This document shows positions 9,289 through 18,711 of a DNA stretch of 32,000 bases, piece by piece. Each line of letters begins with the position of its first letter. Within the stretch, counting starts at the first letter, position 1. The notes under the pieces were generated by a model that ran no database searches, was not told where the DNA came from, and saw only the letters and a list, made by a program, of their open reading frames with translations. Location of the stretch: positions 4,260,001 through 4,292,000 of the forward strand of contig NZ_CP042905.2 of the NCBI RefSeq assembly GCF_008000775.2. The letters are read 5' to 3'. A program made the position numbers and the translations under genes. Origin of the DNA: Promethearchaeum syntrophicum (GTDB lineage: Archaea > Asgardarchaeota > Lokiarchaeia > Sigyniarchaeales > Promethearchaeaceae).

Positions 9289-10659
9289 ATGAAAAATTAT
9301 ATGAGTAACGAAAAAAATGAAAATGAAAAGAAAAAGGTTGAAAGCGAGAAATCTCAACCTTTAACTCCAGAACAAAAAGAAGAGCGAAATGAAAATATAA
9401 TTGTTACCATCATTTTATGGTTAACAACGATAGGTCTCTTTATTTCTGTTATTGGAATTATCTGGAGGATTAAAGATTTATTTACTGAAACGGGATGGCA
9501 AGATTTTCTACTATTATCTATTCAAACTCAGATTTTTGTAGTAGGATTAATTCTCTTGGGTACATTTTTCTTAACGCTATTTTTAGTAGTTCTATACCGA
9601 AGAGGAAAACGTTCCATGCACAATATGCTATTTAAAGATAAATACGATGAAATAAGCAAAGATGAGACCTATATACCAGCAAAAATTATCACTGCAGGAA
9701 CTTTACTATGCATTTTTACAATTTTTCTTGGATTGATTATTGCAACAATTGGGTTTTTCCTAAATCAGGGTGAAGGAGAAGATCCATTTGAATTATGGGA
9801 GTGGTTTACTAATTTAACCGGAGGTTCAAGGATTTTACTGGTAGGAGGATCAATTTTAACCTTAGATGCCCTTTTATACTCAGGGATCTATACTTGGGAA
9901 AATGGTCAATGGGTTGTAATAAATCAAATTTTAAAATATAATAAAAAAATGGAAGAGAAACATTCATTCGAGAAAAACCAGAAAATTATTGGCAATATCA
10001 CGTTTACGATAATTGTTATTGAAGTATTAATGATTGTTGTCGGGATAATCTGGGCAATTATTGATGCTGCATTTTTAGATTATGGAACTACATTTAGAAA
10101 TTACCCAGTTGGTATACAAATATCATTTTATGGTATCTTTGGAGCCTTATTATTTACAACATTAATATTCTCAATGTTTATTTATAAACGTGGACAAAAT
10201 TTAATCTTGATAGCACTTTTTGTTCAAATCAGCCCCAAAGAGATTGAAAAAGATAATAAAACAGCCAAAATAATAACGATTGGAATTTTAATCTCAATCT
10301 CACTGATGGTTGTAGGATTAATAATCTGGCTTTTATCTGTAATACTTGAAGCAGTGGATGGGACAACGGGCAATATTTTCACGATTTTAGCTGGAATGAG
10401 TGGTGGCTTAGCTCTATTATCATACAGTGTTATCGCCGCAGTTTTTACGATTCTTATTCTATTATTTACCTTCTTCTTCCATAATGGATACGGCTTCACC
10501 ATGGATAAGATTATTAAAATGGAGAAGTCTTTGGATGATGGCATGGAAAGTGGGAAGAAAAAAACTGATGAAAGAAAGGAAGAGAGAAAAAGACTTAAAG
10601 CATTGAAGAAAGAAGCGAAAAAGAAGGAAAAAGAAGCGAAGAAAGAGAAAAAGGAGTAA
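9289..10659 (+). CDS. Multi-pass membrane protein with four internal repeats and highly charged Lys/Glu termini; function unknown
   Basis: 456 aa ORF with repeated paired hydrophobic segments; C-terminus DGMESGKKKTDERKEERKRLKALKKEAKKKEKEAKKEKKE. An in-frame ATG at 9301 is an alternative start. Confidence 0.75.
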   Translation: MKNYMSNEKNENEKKKVESEKSQPLTPEQKEERNENIIVTIILWLTTIGLFISVIGIIWRIKDLFTETGWQDFLLLSIQTQIFVVGLILLGTFFLTLFLVVLYRRGKRSMHNMLFKDKYDEISKDETYIPAKIITAGTLLCIFTIFLGLIIATIGFFLNQGEGEDPFELWEWFTNLTGGSRILLVGGSILTLDALLYSGIYTWENGQWVVINQILKYNKKMEEKHSFEKNQKIIGNITFTIIVIEVLMIVVGIIWAIIDAAFLDYGTTFRNYPVGIQISFYGIFGALLFTTLIFSMFIYKRGQNLILIALFVQISPKEIEKDNKTAKIITIGILISISLMVVGLIIWLLSVILEAVDGTTGNIFTILAGMSGGLALLSYSVIAAVFTILILLFTFFFHNGYGFTMDKIIKMEKSLDDGMESGKKKTDERKEERKRLKALKKEAKKKEKEAKKEKKE

Positions 10660-10842
10660 TTTCATTTTTTTTTTATTCCACGAATTTTTCACTCTCACTG
10701 AATAAATTTATGGACTTTTTTTAGCTTTTTAGATATTAATCTTGAAATTCTATCTAATTCAAGAAAAACTCTAAAAAAATCATTTAAAAAAAACCCCCCC
10801 TTCTACAAGTAATCATGTACTTGGGAAGATCCCACATTGGGA

Positions 10843-12489
10843 TTAATAAACTCTCTCTATATAGCCTATTTTCTTTATCTTTTTACTTAAAATAGAAATG
10901 CTAACAATTGCAATACCAATAAAAAGAAAATATGGATACCCAGCCACCCCATTACTATCGCTTAAAATTATTACGCTAACATCATCTTGTATTGAACCCC
11001 CATACCCATCGAAAGCTATAATTGTGTAATTATAAATTCCAGGAATTAAGTTATTTACATCAACAATGATTAGTGAACCCGATGTCCATTCTCCTGTACT
11101 ATTTAGTGTCCCATTTTGATATATTGTATATGTTGGTGAGTGAACATTAATATCGGAAATGATCCAGGTAATGTAGTTCCCAATTTGGCCGTGTTCAAAA
11201 ATAATATCGCTCGGTCTATTAATGCTAATCCCATCTCCAGATTCCACTCCTTGCATATCATAATAAAGATATTGGTCGCTAAAGTTTTCATCAAGAAAAA
11301 AAGAACTTTTTGAATAACACCAAAAATCTTTATCTTCAAATGACATAGTTCCATATCCTCCTACGATAATTCCTAATTCTTGGTTAGCATCATAATGTTC
11401 CAATTCAGATTTCGGAATTTTGAATTCAAATTGGCGATGTGATGTAGAATTTAAAGAACTAGGTCCAAATCCAATACTATATTCTGCGTTTTTGATACTA
11501 CTTAATGGTTTATCCATAATATGATCATCTGGACCACCATGATTGTAGGAATCAACTTCAATGTAGAAAAATATGCGGTCATACAACACTTCAAATTCTA
11601 AACTGCTACTATTTGCAATTATACTTATCTTTAAAGTATTCTCTGCGGTTAAATTTCCTGAATTTATATATCCCCAATCATTATTTGGTACACTGTTTTT
11701 AGATAAATTAAAATTCTGATTGGGATCATCTAAATCAAGAGTACCATCGGGTTTCCAAGCAACAACTCTATGGGAATCAATAGTTGTATTTAAATCTGAA
11801 CGGATGTATAAATTAAATCTCTGAATATGACCTATGTAATCATCCAAGAGTTGCCCGTAAAAATTCTGCAAATCAAATTCAATATCTAACCGAGTAACAT
11901 TATAACCAAGATATGCTGTAGAATTTAAGCCATAGTACAAAGAATCGAAGGAGACTAAATCCTGATAATTGCCAAAATAATCACCATATATTACTGGTGT
12001 AATTAAATCTTCATCTGAAATTGGGTAAAAATCATTATCATATGAGCTAGAATCGCCAAATGGTTCCCATAACTCTTCTGAGCTTACATTTACAATTAAT
12101 GATTCTGCTCCATCATTAACTGTTTGAAGCCATTCATTTTCACCAGAAAACGAACTATTATTTGTATTAAGCCATATTCCTACCCATTCACTACTGGGAT
12201 CTACTGTCTGATCACAATTCAAATCCAAACCAATATATAAATTCTCTTCATCTTCTCCAATTAAAAGGCTGTTATTGCCATCGATATTCCCATCACTATT
12301 ATCAGCATCAATAAAAAATTGATCTCTGACATCTGCATCAATCCACTCAGTATCCCCGATGATTCCATCAAAATTTAGAGGTCCCATTTCAAGATTAGCT
12401 ATTGCTGGATTGTTTGAAGTAAGCAGAATTATTGAAGTTAAAAATAAACCAAGGAATATGCTCAGGAATTTTTTTTTAATTCTTATCAT
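10843..12489 (-). CDS. Secreted/cell-surface protein with beta-rich DOMON/CBM9-like ectodomain, Ig/PKD-like domain and C-terminal membrane anchor
   Basis: Track ORF reaches 12519 via a TTG; ATG at 12489 starts MIRIKKKFLSIFLGLFLTSIILLTSNNPAIA (signal peptide-like). Ectodomain begins GPLNFDGIIGDTEWIDADVRDQF...ENLYIGLDLN; C-terminus YNYTIIAFDGYGG...GVAGYPYFLFIGIAIVSISILSKKIKK. Confidence 0.75.
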   Translation of the reverse strand: MIRIKKKFLSIFLGLFLTSIILLTSNNPAIANLEMGPLNFDGIIGDTEWIDADVRDQFFIDADNSDGNIDGNNSLLIGEDEENLYIGLDLNCDQTVDPSSEWVGIWLNTNNSSFSGENEWLQTVNDGAESLIVNVSSEELWEPFGDSSSYDNDFYPISDEDLITPVIYGDYFGNYQDLVSFDSLYYGLNSTAYLGYNVTRLDIEFDLQNFYGQLLDDYIGHIQRFNLYIRSDLNTTIDSHRVVAWKPDGTLDLDDPNQNFNLSKNSVPNNDWGYINSGNLTAENTLKISIIANSSSLEFEVLYDRIFFYIEVDSYNHGGPDDHIMDKPLSSIKNAEYSIGFGPSSLNSTSHRQFEFKIPKSELEHYDANQELGIIVGGYGTMSFEDKDFWCYSKSSFFLDENFSDQYLYYDMQGVESGDGISINRPSDIIFEHGQIGNYITWIISDINVHSPTYTIYQNGTLNSTGEWTSGSLIIVDVNNLIPGIYNYTIIAFDGYGGSIQDDVSVIILSDSNGVAGYPYFLFIGIAIVSISILSKKIKKIGYIERVY

Positions 12490-12608
12490 AATTATCACTT
12501 TGTTTTGTTGAATTTTCAATATAGAATCTTAGATTAAATTCTATTAGTGATAGTCTTTTTTTTTTATAGTAAAAAACATTTTGATTATGATAAGATTAGC
12601 GATTCTTC

Positions 12609-12658
12609 ACACATTTAGTTGTTAAAGATACTAAAGTGTTATCGTATTGGTTAATACG
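12609..12658. promoter_or_regulatory. Two adjacent inverted repeats in the divergent intergenic region between the secreted protein and the nitroreductase
   Basis: 12609-12639: ACAC(A)TTTAGT / tgttaaagat / ACTAAAGTGT (10 bp with one bulge). 12643-12658: CGTATT GGTT AATACG (perfect 6 bp, 4-nt loop). Confidence 0.4.
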
Positions 12659-12734
12659 TCAAATATAGCAGAAATTATGCCCCCATTAATTTTAGGGAGA
12701 AAAAAATATTAAAAATGAACACTATATTGTTAAT

Positions 12735-13262
12735 ATGGATTTTACAGACGTCATTATTAAAAGAAGAAGTCATCGAAAATTTACCCAGGACACAATATCT
12801 GATGAAAAAATAAAAAAAATTATTGAGGCGGGTAGACTTGCTCCCACATGGGCAAATAAACAGGGAGTAAACTATATAATTGTGAAAAATCGATCTTTAA
12901 TTAAAGAGATGGCTAATGGAATTAACCAAAAATGGACTGAAAACGCACCAATACTCATTGTTGTTTGCATAGAACCGAATAGATCGGGAAAAAATATTAA
13001 CGGTTTAGAATATTTTACTGTAGATGCGGCAATTTGTATGGAACATATTGTTTTAGCAGCAACTAATGAAGGATTAGGAACATGTTGGATAGGGTTGTTT
13101 GACGAACAAAAAATAAAAAAAACTTTGTCAATTCCAGAAAAGGTAAGAGTGATTGCTTTAACGCCACTTGGTTATTCAAGATATACTCCTCGGGAACAAA
13201 AGCGAAAATCTATTGATCAAATTTGCTTTAGCGAAAAATGGGGAAATAATATTAAATTTTGA
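12735..13262 (+). CDS. Nitroreductase family protein
   Basis: IIKRRSHRKFTQDTISDEKIKKIIEAGRLAPTWANKQ, AAICMEHIVLAATNEGLGTCWIGLFDEQ; 175 aa. Confidence 0.88.
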   Translation: MDFTDVIIKRRSHRKFTQDTISDEKIKKIIEAGRLAPTWANKQGVNYIIVKNRSLIKEMANGINQKWTENAPILIVVCIEPNRSGKNINGLEYFTVDAAICMEHIVLAATNEGLGTCWIGLFDEQKIKKTLSIPEKVRVIALTPLGYSRYTPREQKRKSIDQICFSEKWGNNIKF

Positions 13263-13311
13263 ATGGACAATTTTAATTTGGATTCTGAACTATTTCAATT
13301 AGGTTTTTGTA

Positions 13312-14451
13312 ATGACAGAAATTAACATACGGAAAACGCCTTTAAGTGAAATGCACGAGAAATTGGGCGCAAAGATGGTAAATTTTGAAGATTGGTATAT
13401 GCCCGTAAAATTTGAAGGAGTTATTGAAGAACATATATGGACTCGGGAACATGCTGGAATTTTTGATATTAGCCATATGACTGAGTTCATGCTCGAGGGT
13501 CCTGATTGTATACCTTTTCTTAAACAAATGATGACAAATAGTATTGGAATTGGAGATTTTGCAGCTCAGTATCAACACATGTGCTATCCTAATGGAACTA
13601 TAGTCGATGATCTCTACATTTATCGAGAATCTGCTGAAAAAGTTAGAATTATTGCTAATGCTCAAACTTTGGAAACAGATGGAAAGGATTTCAATTGGTT
13701 AGAAGAACATATTGGAGATTATAAGGTAAAGATCACGGATCTTTCTTTAGAACGCACAAGATTTGCTTTTCAAGGTCCTGAAACCTTAAAATTATTAAAT
13801 CCAATTACTGATACAGATCTCGCAAAGATTAAGCGTTTCAGATGGTGTTATACAAATCTCATTGTCAATTCAGAAAAAATTCCGATTTTTTGTTCACGAA
13901 CAGGGTATACAGGAGAAGATAATTGGTCAGATTCATTGGCATCATTCGAAATATCGTGTGAAAATAAATATGCGACCAAAATTTATCAAATCTTCTTGGA
14001 TACTGGAGCAAAACCGATTGGTCTTGGAGCAAGGGATTCTTTGCGTTTAGAATGCTGTTATGCTTTATACGGAAATGATATTAATAATGAAATTACGACA
14101 GTAGAAGCTAATTTAGGATGGGTTGTCAAGGAAAAAGAAGGATTCGAATTTATAGGACAAGAAGTTCTACTTAAACAAAAAAGTGAAGGCCCGAAAAAAA
14201 TCAGTGTAGGCCTTAATTTACTTGATAAAGGCATTCTTCGAGCGGGATATAAGGTGTTCAAGGATGAAGAGGAAATTGGTTTTATCACATCAGGAACATT
14301 TGCTCCAACTTTAAAAAAAACTGTAGGATTAGCTATGATTAGTTCGGAATACAAAGCAATTGGAAATGAGCTTGATATATTAATCAGAGGTAAGAAAAAA
14401 CGGGCAGTTGTAGTTAAAACACCCTTCTATACACGCGGAAAGAAAAATTAA
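13312..14451 (+). CDS. gcvT: Glycine cleavage system T protein (aminomethyltransferase)
   Basis: PLSEMHEKLGAKMVNFEDWYMPV, EHAGIFDISHMTEF, LGARDSLRLE, FYTRGKK; followed by gcvH, gcvPA, gcvPB. Confidence 0.93.
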   Translation: MTEINIRKTPLSEMHEKLGAKMVNFEDWYMPVKFEGVIEEHIWTREHAGIFDISHMTEFMLEGPDCIPFLKQMMTNSIGIGDFAAQYQHMCYPNGTIVDDLYIYRESAEKVRIIANAQTLETDGKDFNWLEEHIGDYKVKITDLSLERTRFAFQGPETLKLLNPITDTDLAKIKRFRWCYTNLIVNSEKIPIFCSRTGYTGEDNWSDSLASFEISCENKYATKIYQIFLDTGAKPIGLGARDSLRLECCYALYGNDINNEITTVEANLGWVVKEKEGFEFIGQEVLLKQKSEGPKKISVGLNLLDKGILRAGYKVFKDEEEIGFITSGTFAPTLKKTVGLAMISSEYKAIGNELDILIRGKKKRAVVVKTPFYTRGKKN

Positions 14452-14531
14452 AAATATTATTATTTGCCAATATATTAATTAAAAACGTTACCAATTTTTT
14501 TTTATAAATTAAAACTAAAAAAGTGAAAATT

Positions 14532-14906
14532 ATGGAATTTCCAGGAGATTTAAAATATCAACCTACCCATGAATGGGCTAAAATTGAGGGAGATGTTGCG
14601 ACAGTAGGTATAAGCGCTCACGCCCAAGATCAATTAGGGGAGATAGTTTTTGTAGAATTGCCTTCTGTAGGCGATTCATTAGAAAAAGGAGCAGTTGCTG
14701 CAAATGTTGAATCATCTAAAGCAGTCGGAGAAGTAGTTACACCATTTACTGGAGAAATAACTGCTGTAAATGAAAATTTAGAAGATGAACCGGAAGTTGT
14801 AAACAGTTCACCATACGGTGACGGGTGGATCTTTAAAATTAAACTTAGTAATCCTTCTGAGACAGATGGATTACTTGATGCTGCTGGTTATCAAGGAACA
14901 TTATAA
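14532..14906 (+). CDS. gcvH: Glycine cleavage system H protein
   Basis: Track ORF starts with GTG at 14523, more likely ATG at 14532 (MEFPGDLKYQPTHEW). Lipoylation motif NVESSKAVGEVVTP. Confidence 0.93.
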   Translation: MEFPGDLKYQPTHEWAKIEGDVATVGISAHAQDQLGEIVFVELPSVGDSLEKGAVAANVESSKAVGEVVTPFTGEITAVNENLEDEPEVVNSSPYGDGWIFKIKLSNPSETDGLLDAAGYQGTL

Positions 14907-14987
14907 TAGAAACAACCAAATTTTTCGATTTTTTTTTTATTCACTTTCACATTGATCGATATTAATTCTATTTAGAAGGAAAAAAAC

Positions 14988-16301
14988 ATGGATTATGTAC
15001 CGCATGATGAAGAAACAATTCAAACTATGTTAAAAAATATTGGAGTGGAGAAATTAGATGATTTATATTCAGATATTCCGAATAATCTGAAAATTAAAAA
15101 TCTAAATCTTCCCGAAGGATTACCAGAATCAGACCTACTTAAAAATTTAACCAACCTTTCTAAGAAAAACCATATTTATCAAACATCCTTTCTTGGTGCA
15201 GGTTCGTATTATCACTATATCCCATCTTTAGTTGATTTTGTTATCAGTCAAAGCCAGTTTTTCACATCGTATACACCGTATCAAGCAGAAATAAGCCAGG
15301 GAATGCTCCAAAGTATATATGAATACCAATCTGCAATATCAAGAATAACAGAAATGGATGTTACAAATGCTTCTATGTATGATTGCGCATCTGCATTAGC
15401 AGAAGCTGCAACAATGGCATTTTTTATCACCAAAAAGAGAAAAATTCTGCTTATTGAGGGAATTCATCCAGAATATATTGAAACCGTCAAGACTTATTGC
15501 TGGGGTCGGAGTATCGAAACAGAAATAATTCCTTTAAATGAACTTAATAATAAATTAACTGATGAAATTGCTGGAGTTTTAATCCAAAGCCCAAACTTTT
15601 TTGGAGAAATTGAAGATATCAGTCAAATTGCAGAAATTATTCGTTCAAAATCAAAAAAATGTTTGCTTATTCAAGCAATGAGTGATCCTACTTGCTTAGG
15701 ATATCTAAATCCTCCTGGAAAAACTGAGGTTGATATATTTGTTTCCGAAGGTGTGGGAATGCATCCATCTTTTGGGGGTCCGAATCTTGGAATATTATCA
15801 GTGAAAAATAAGTACATGAGAAAAATGCCTGGAAGATTAGTTGGGTTAACAAAAGAACTTCAAGGTGAAAAAGAGGGTTACGTTTTAACCATTCAAGCGC
15901 GAGAACAACATATCAGACGTGAAAAAGCGTTGTCCAATATATGCTCAAATCAAGGACTAGCTATGGTTGCTTCATTAGTGTACTTAGTTTCTTTGGGTAA
16001 AACTGGATTAAAAGAAGTTGCAATGCAAAATTTTCAAAAAGCAAATCATTTGAAACAGGCATTATCTCAAATCTCTGGATATGAAATTCTAAATACCAAA
16101 CCAACCTATAATGAATTCGTTGTTAAATGCCCAAACATTAACAAATTAATAAAAAGTTGCAAAGAGGAAAATATTTTGCCCCCTTTGAGATTATCTCATT
16201 ATTTTCCAGATAGGGAGGATGAAATTTTAATTTGTGTAACCGAATTGAATTCAAAAGAAGATATTATTAAATTCGTACATATTGCTCAGGAGGCCAAATA
16301 A
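14988..16301 (+). CDS. gcvPA: Glycine dehydrogenase (decarboxylating) subunit 1
   Basis: MDYVPHDEETIQTMLKNIG, PYQAEISQGMLQSIYEYQSAI, MYDCASALAEAATMA, EGVGMHPSFGGPNLGILS, REQHIRREKALSNICSNQ. Confidence 0.93.
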   Translation: MDYVPHDEETIQTMLKNIGVEKLDDLYSDIPNNLKIKNLNLPEGLPESDLLKNLTNLSKKNHIYQTSFLGAGSYYHYIPSLVDFVISQSQFFTSYTPYQAEISQGMLQSIYEYQSAISRITEMDVTNASMYDCASALAEAATMAFFITKKRKILLIEGIHPEYIETVKTYCWGRSIETEIIPLNELNNKLTDEIAGVLIQSPNFFGEIEDISQIAEIIRSKSKKCLLIQAMSDPTCLGYLNPPGKTEVDIFVSEGVGMHPSFGGPNLGILSVKNKYMRKMPGRLVGLTKELQGEKEGYVLTIQAREQHIRREKALSNICSNQGLAMVASLVYLVSLGKTGLKEVAMQNFQKANHLKQALSQISGYEILNTKPTYNEFVVKCPNINKLIKSCKEENILPPLRLSHYFPDREDEILICVTELNSKEDIIKFVHIAQEAK

Positions 16302-17734
16302 TGACTCGTGAACTTTTAATTTTTGAGAAAGGATATAATACTGCAAAAAATAATTTCATTCCCAAAATGGATATTAAAGGAATAGATTTAGATGAAATAC
16401 TTCCAAAATCCCTTCAACGGAGTGAAGAAATAAACTTGCCCGATATTCCGGAATTTGAAATTGTACGGCATTATGTTAATTTAGCTCAAAAGAATTATGG
16501 TGTAGATAGTGGAATTTATCCTTTAGGCTCTTGTACTATGAAATATAATCCAAGAATTAATGAAATAACAGCACGATTGCCTGGATTTCTAAAAATACAC
16601 CCATTACAAGAAGAAAATGAAGGAGCTATTGAACTAATTTATAATCTTGGCCAACAACTGTGTGAAATATGCGGAATGAAAGCGTTTACGTTAAATCCCG
16701 CAGCTGGGGCTCAAGGGGAACTTACTGGCATACTAATTATTAAGAAATACTTTGAAAGTAAAGGAATAAAGAAGGATAAAATCATAGTCCCTGACAGTGC
16801 TCATGGAACGAACCCTGCTACATCAGCGATGGCTGGTTTTTCGATTATTGAAATAAAATCTGATGAAAATGGAGAATTACCATTAGATCAGCTTGAATTT
16901 GCCATGAAAGGTGGAGATGTTGCAGGGTTAATGTTAACTAATCCAAATACAATTGGTGTTTTTGATAGGAATATCGATAAAATCACTGAAATTGTTCATA
17001 AATACGGAGGATTATGTTATTATGACGGAGCGAATCTAAATCCAATTATGGGAATCGCCAAACCAGGTGAAATGGGCTTTGATATCATTCATTTAAATTT
17101 ACATAAAACATTTTCAACTCCACATGGTGGTGGTGGTCCAGGAGCAGGCCCTGTTGGAGTCAAAAAGGATTTAATCAAATATTTACCATGCCCCCAAGTA
17201 ATCAAAAATGAAGGAGGCTTAGTCTGTGTTGAAGATGATGGATCATCAATCGGACGGATGCGGAGTTTTTGGGGCAATTTTGGAGTTTTAGTTAGAGCCT
17301 ATACATATATTTTAGCATTAGGTAAGAATGGAATAAGAAGAGCCGCCCAAAATGCAGTTTTGAATGCAAACTATATCAGAACCCAAATAAAACATAAATA
17401 CTCCATCCCGTACGATCGAATTAATATGCATGAATTCCTTGTTGATGTTCACTTACCGAATGGTGTTAATTCTGAGGATGTTGCCAAAGGATTACTTGAT
17501 CGCGGTATTCACGCCCCGACTATATATTTTCCCTTAATTATTCATGAAGCAATGCTAATTGAACCTACTGAAACAGAAAATAAGCGTGAATTAGACAAAT
17601 TTATTAAAGCATTGTTAGATATTTATGAGGAAGCAGAGAATAATCCAGATCATCTTAGAAATGGTCCATATAATACTTTAATTGGAAGGTTAGATGCGAC
17701 ATTAGCAGCCCGTAAACCGCATTTACGCGATTGA
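16301..17734 (+). CDS. gcvPB: Glycine dehydrogenase (decarboxylating) subunit 2
   Basis: YPLGSCTMKYNPRINE, PDSAHGTNPATSAMAGF, PLP-lysine region HLNLHKTFSTPHGGGGPGAGPVGVK; TAATG stop/start overlap with gcvPA and a CAGGAGG ribosome-binding-like site. Confidence 0.94.
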   Translation: MTRELLIFEKGYNTAKNNFIPKMDIKGIDLDEILPKSLQRSEEINLPDIPEFEIVRHYVNLAQKNYGVDSGIYPLGSCTMKYNPRINEITARLPGFLKIHPLQEENEGAIELIYNLGQQLCEICGMKAFTLNPAAGAQGELTGILIIKKYFESKGIKKDKIIVPDSAHGTNPATSAMAGFSIIEIKSDENGELPLDQLEFAMKGGDVAGLMLTNPNTIGVFDRNIDKITEIVHKYGGLCYYDGANLNPIMGIAKPGEMGFDIIHLNLHKTFSTPHGGGGPGAGPVGVKKDLIKYLPCPQVIKNEGGLVCVEDDGSSIGRMRSFWGNFGVLVRAYTYILALGKNGIRRAAQNAVLNANYIRTQIKHKYSIPYDRINMHEFLVDVHLPNGVNSEDVAKGLLDRGIHAPTIYFPLIIHEAMLIEPTETENKRELDKFIKALLDIYEEAENNPDHLRNGPYNTLIGRLDATLAARKPHLRD

Positions 17735-17829
17735 TTTTTTCTTTTTTCTTTTTATTTCTTCTCATTAATGTATTTTATCCAAAACTTTTTATGGAAAATT
17801 GATTAAAATGTAATTGGTGAAACTATTTT

Positions 17830-18690
17830 ATGGTGAAATGTTTGTTAGTATATTATTCACTTGGGGGAACAACCAAGAGCATTGCTAATGAAATTTTGAA
17901 AGGATTAGAAAGTAAGGGATTTGAAGTTGATATCCATGATATCATTGAAGGTTTACCGCCTTCTATTGAGAATTATGATCTTTTAGGATTAGGAACGCCT
18001 ACTTACTATTTTCGTCCGCCCTTTATCATAACGGATTACATAAAATCTCTACCTAAAATAAAAATCCCATATTTTTCATTTATTTTGTATGGAACTATTA
18101 TCGGAGATGGTGGAAATCGGATTAGGAAGAAGCTTAACAGAAAAATTGGAAGGGATATTGGTTATTTTAAGTGTAATGGTACAGAGAATTTTTATGGATA
18201 TATTAAACGTGGTATTGTGACATACCCAAGTCATCCCGATCGTGAAGACTTAAAACAAGCGGAAAATTTTGGTAAATCAATTGAATCCAACTTAAATAAT
18301 AAAGATTATAAACCTGAGGATTTTGATAAAAAACCAGGTTTTATTTATCGTTTTGAGCGATTTACAACACAAAAATGGATAGTTCAAAAGTTTTATTATC
18401 GCTTTTTCAAGGTTAATAATTTGAAGTGCACTAAATGTGGAATTTGCGTAGATTCTTGCCCGACAAACAACATTAGCATGGAGACGGGTAATTTACCTAA
18501 GTTTGGAAAAAATTGTATTGGTTGTTTTAATTGTGAATTGAAATGTCCTGAAGCAGCAATTTCATCAGTCATAGATTGGAAAATTTTTAGCCCATTTATG
18601 AATTATAATGTGCGGAAAATTCCAAAAATCCCTTCAATTGAAATTATAAAAGTAAATCTAAACAAAGGAATAGCGGAAAAAATAGAATAA
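17830..18690 (+). CDS. Flavodoxin-like domain fused to 2[4Fe-4S] ferredoxin domain (EFR1-type)
   Basis: N-terminal LLVYYSLGGTTKSIANEI flavodoxin P-loop-like; C-terminal CTKCGICVDSCPTNNIS and CIGCFNCELKCPEAAIS. Confidence 0.85.
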   Translation: MVKCLLVYYSLGGTTKSIANEILKGLESKGFEVDIHDIIEGLPPSIENYDLLGLGTPTYYFRPPFIITDYIKSLPKIKIPYFSFILYGTIIGDGGNRIRKKLNRKIGRDIGYFKCNGTENFYGYIKRGIVTYPSHPDREDLKQAENFGKSIESNLNNKDYKPEDFDKKPGFIYRFERFTTQKWIVQKFYYRFFKVNNLKCTKCGICVDSCPTNNISMETGNLPKFGKNCIGCFNCELKCPEAAISSVIDWKIFSPFMNYNVRKIPKIPSIEIIKVNLNKGIAEKIE

Positions 18691-18711
18691 TCGGTTTGAA
18701 TTGGTATATTT

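Noticed and set aside
10224-10698. Minus-strand ORFs of 106 and 78 aa over the 3' end of the 456 aa membrane protein
   Set aside because: Phe/Leu-rich sequence produced by reading the Lys-rich and TM-encoding region in reverse; no independent support.
13299-14354. Minus-strand ORFs (63, 107, 62, 98 aa) opposite gcvT
   Set aside because: Antisense to a canonical GcvT with no domain similarity.
17089-17277. 62 aa minus-strand ORF opposite gcvPB
   Set aside because: Proline-rich shadow of the GGGGPGAGP PLP-loop region.
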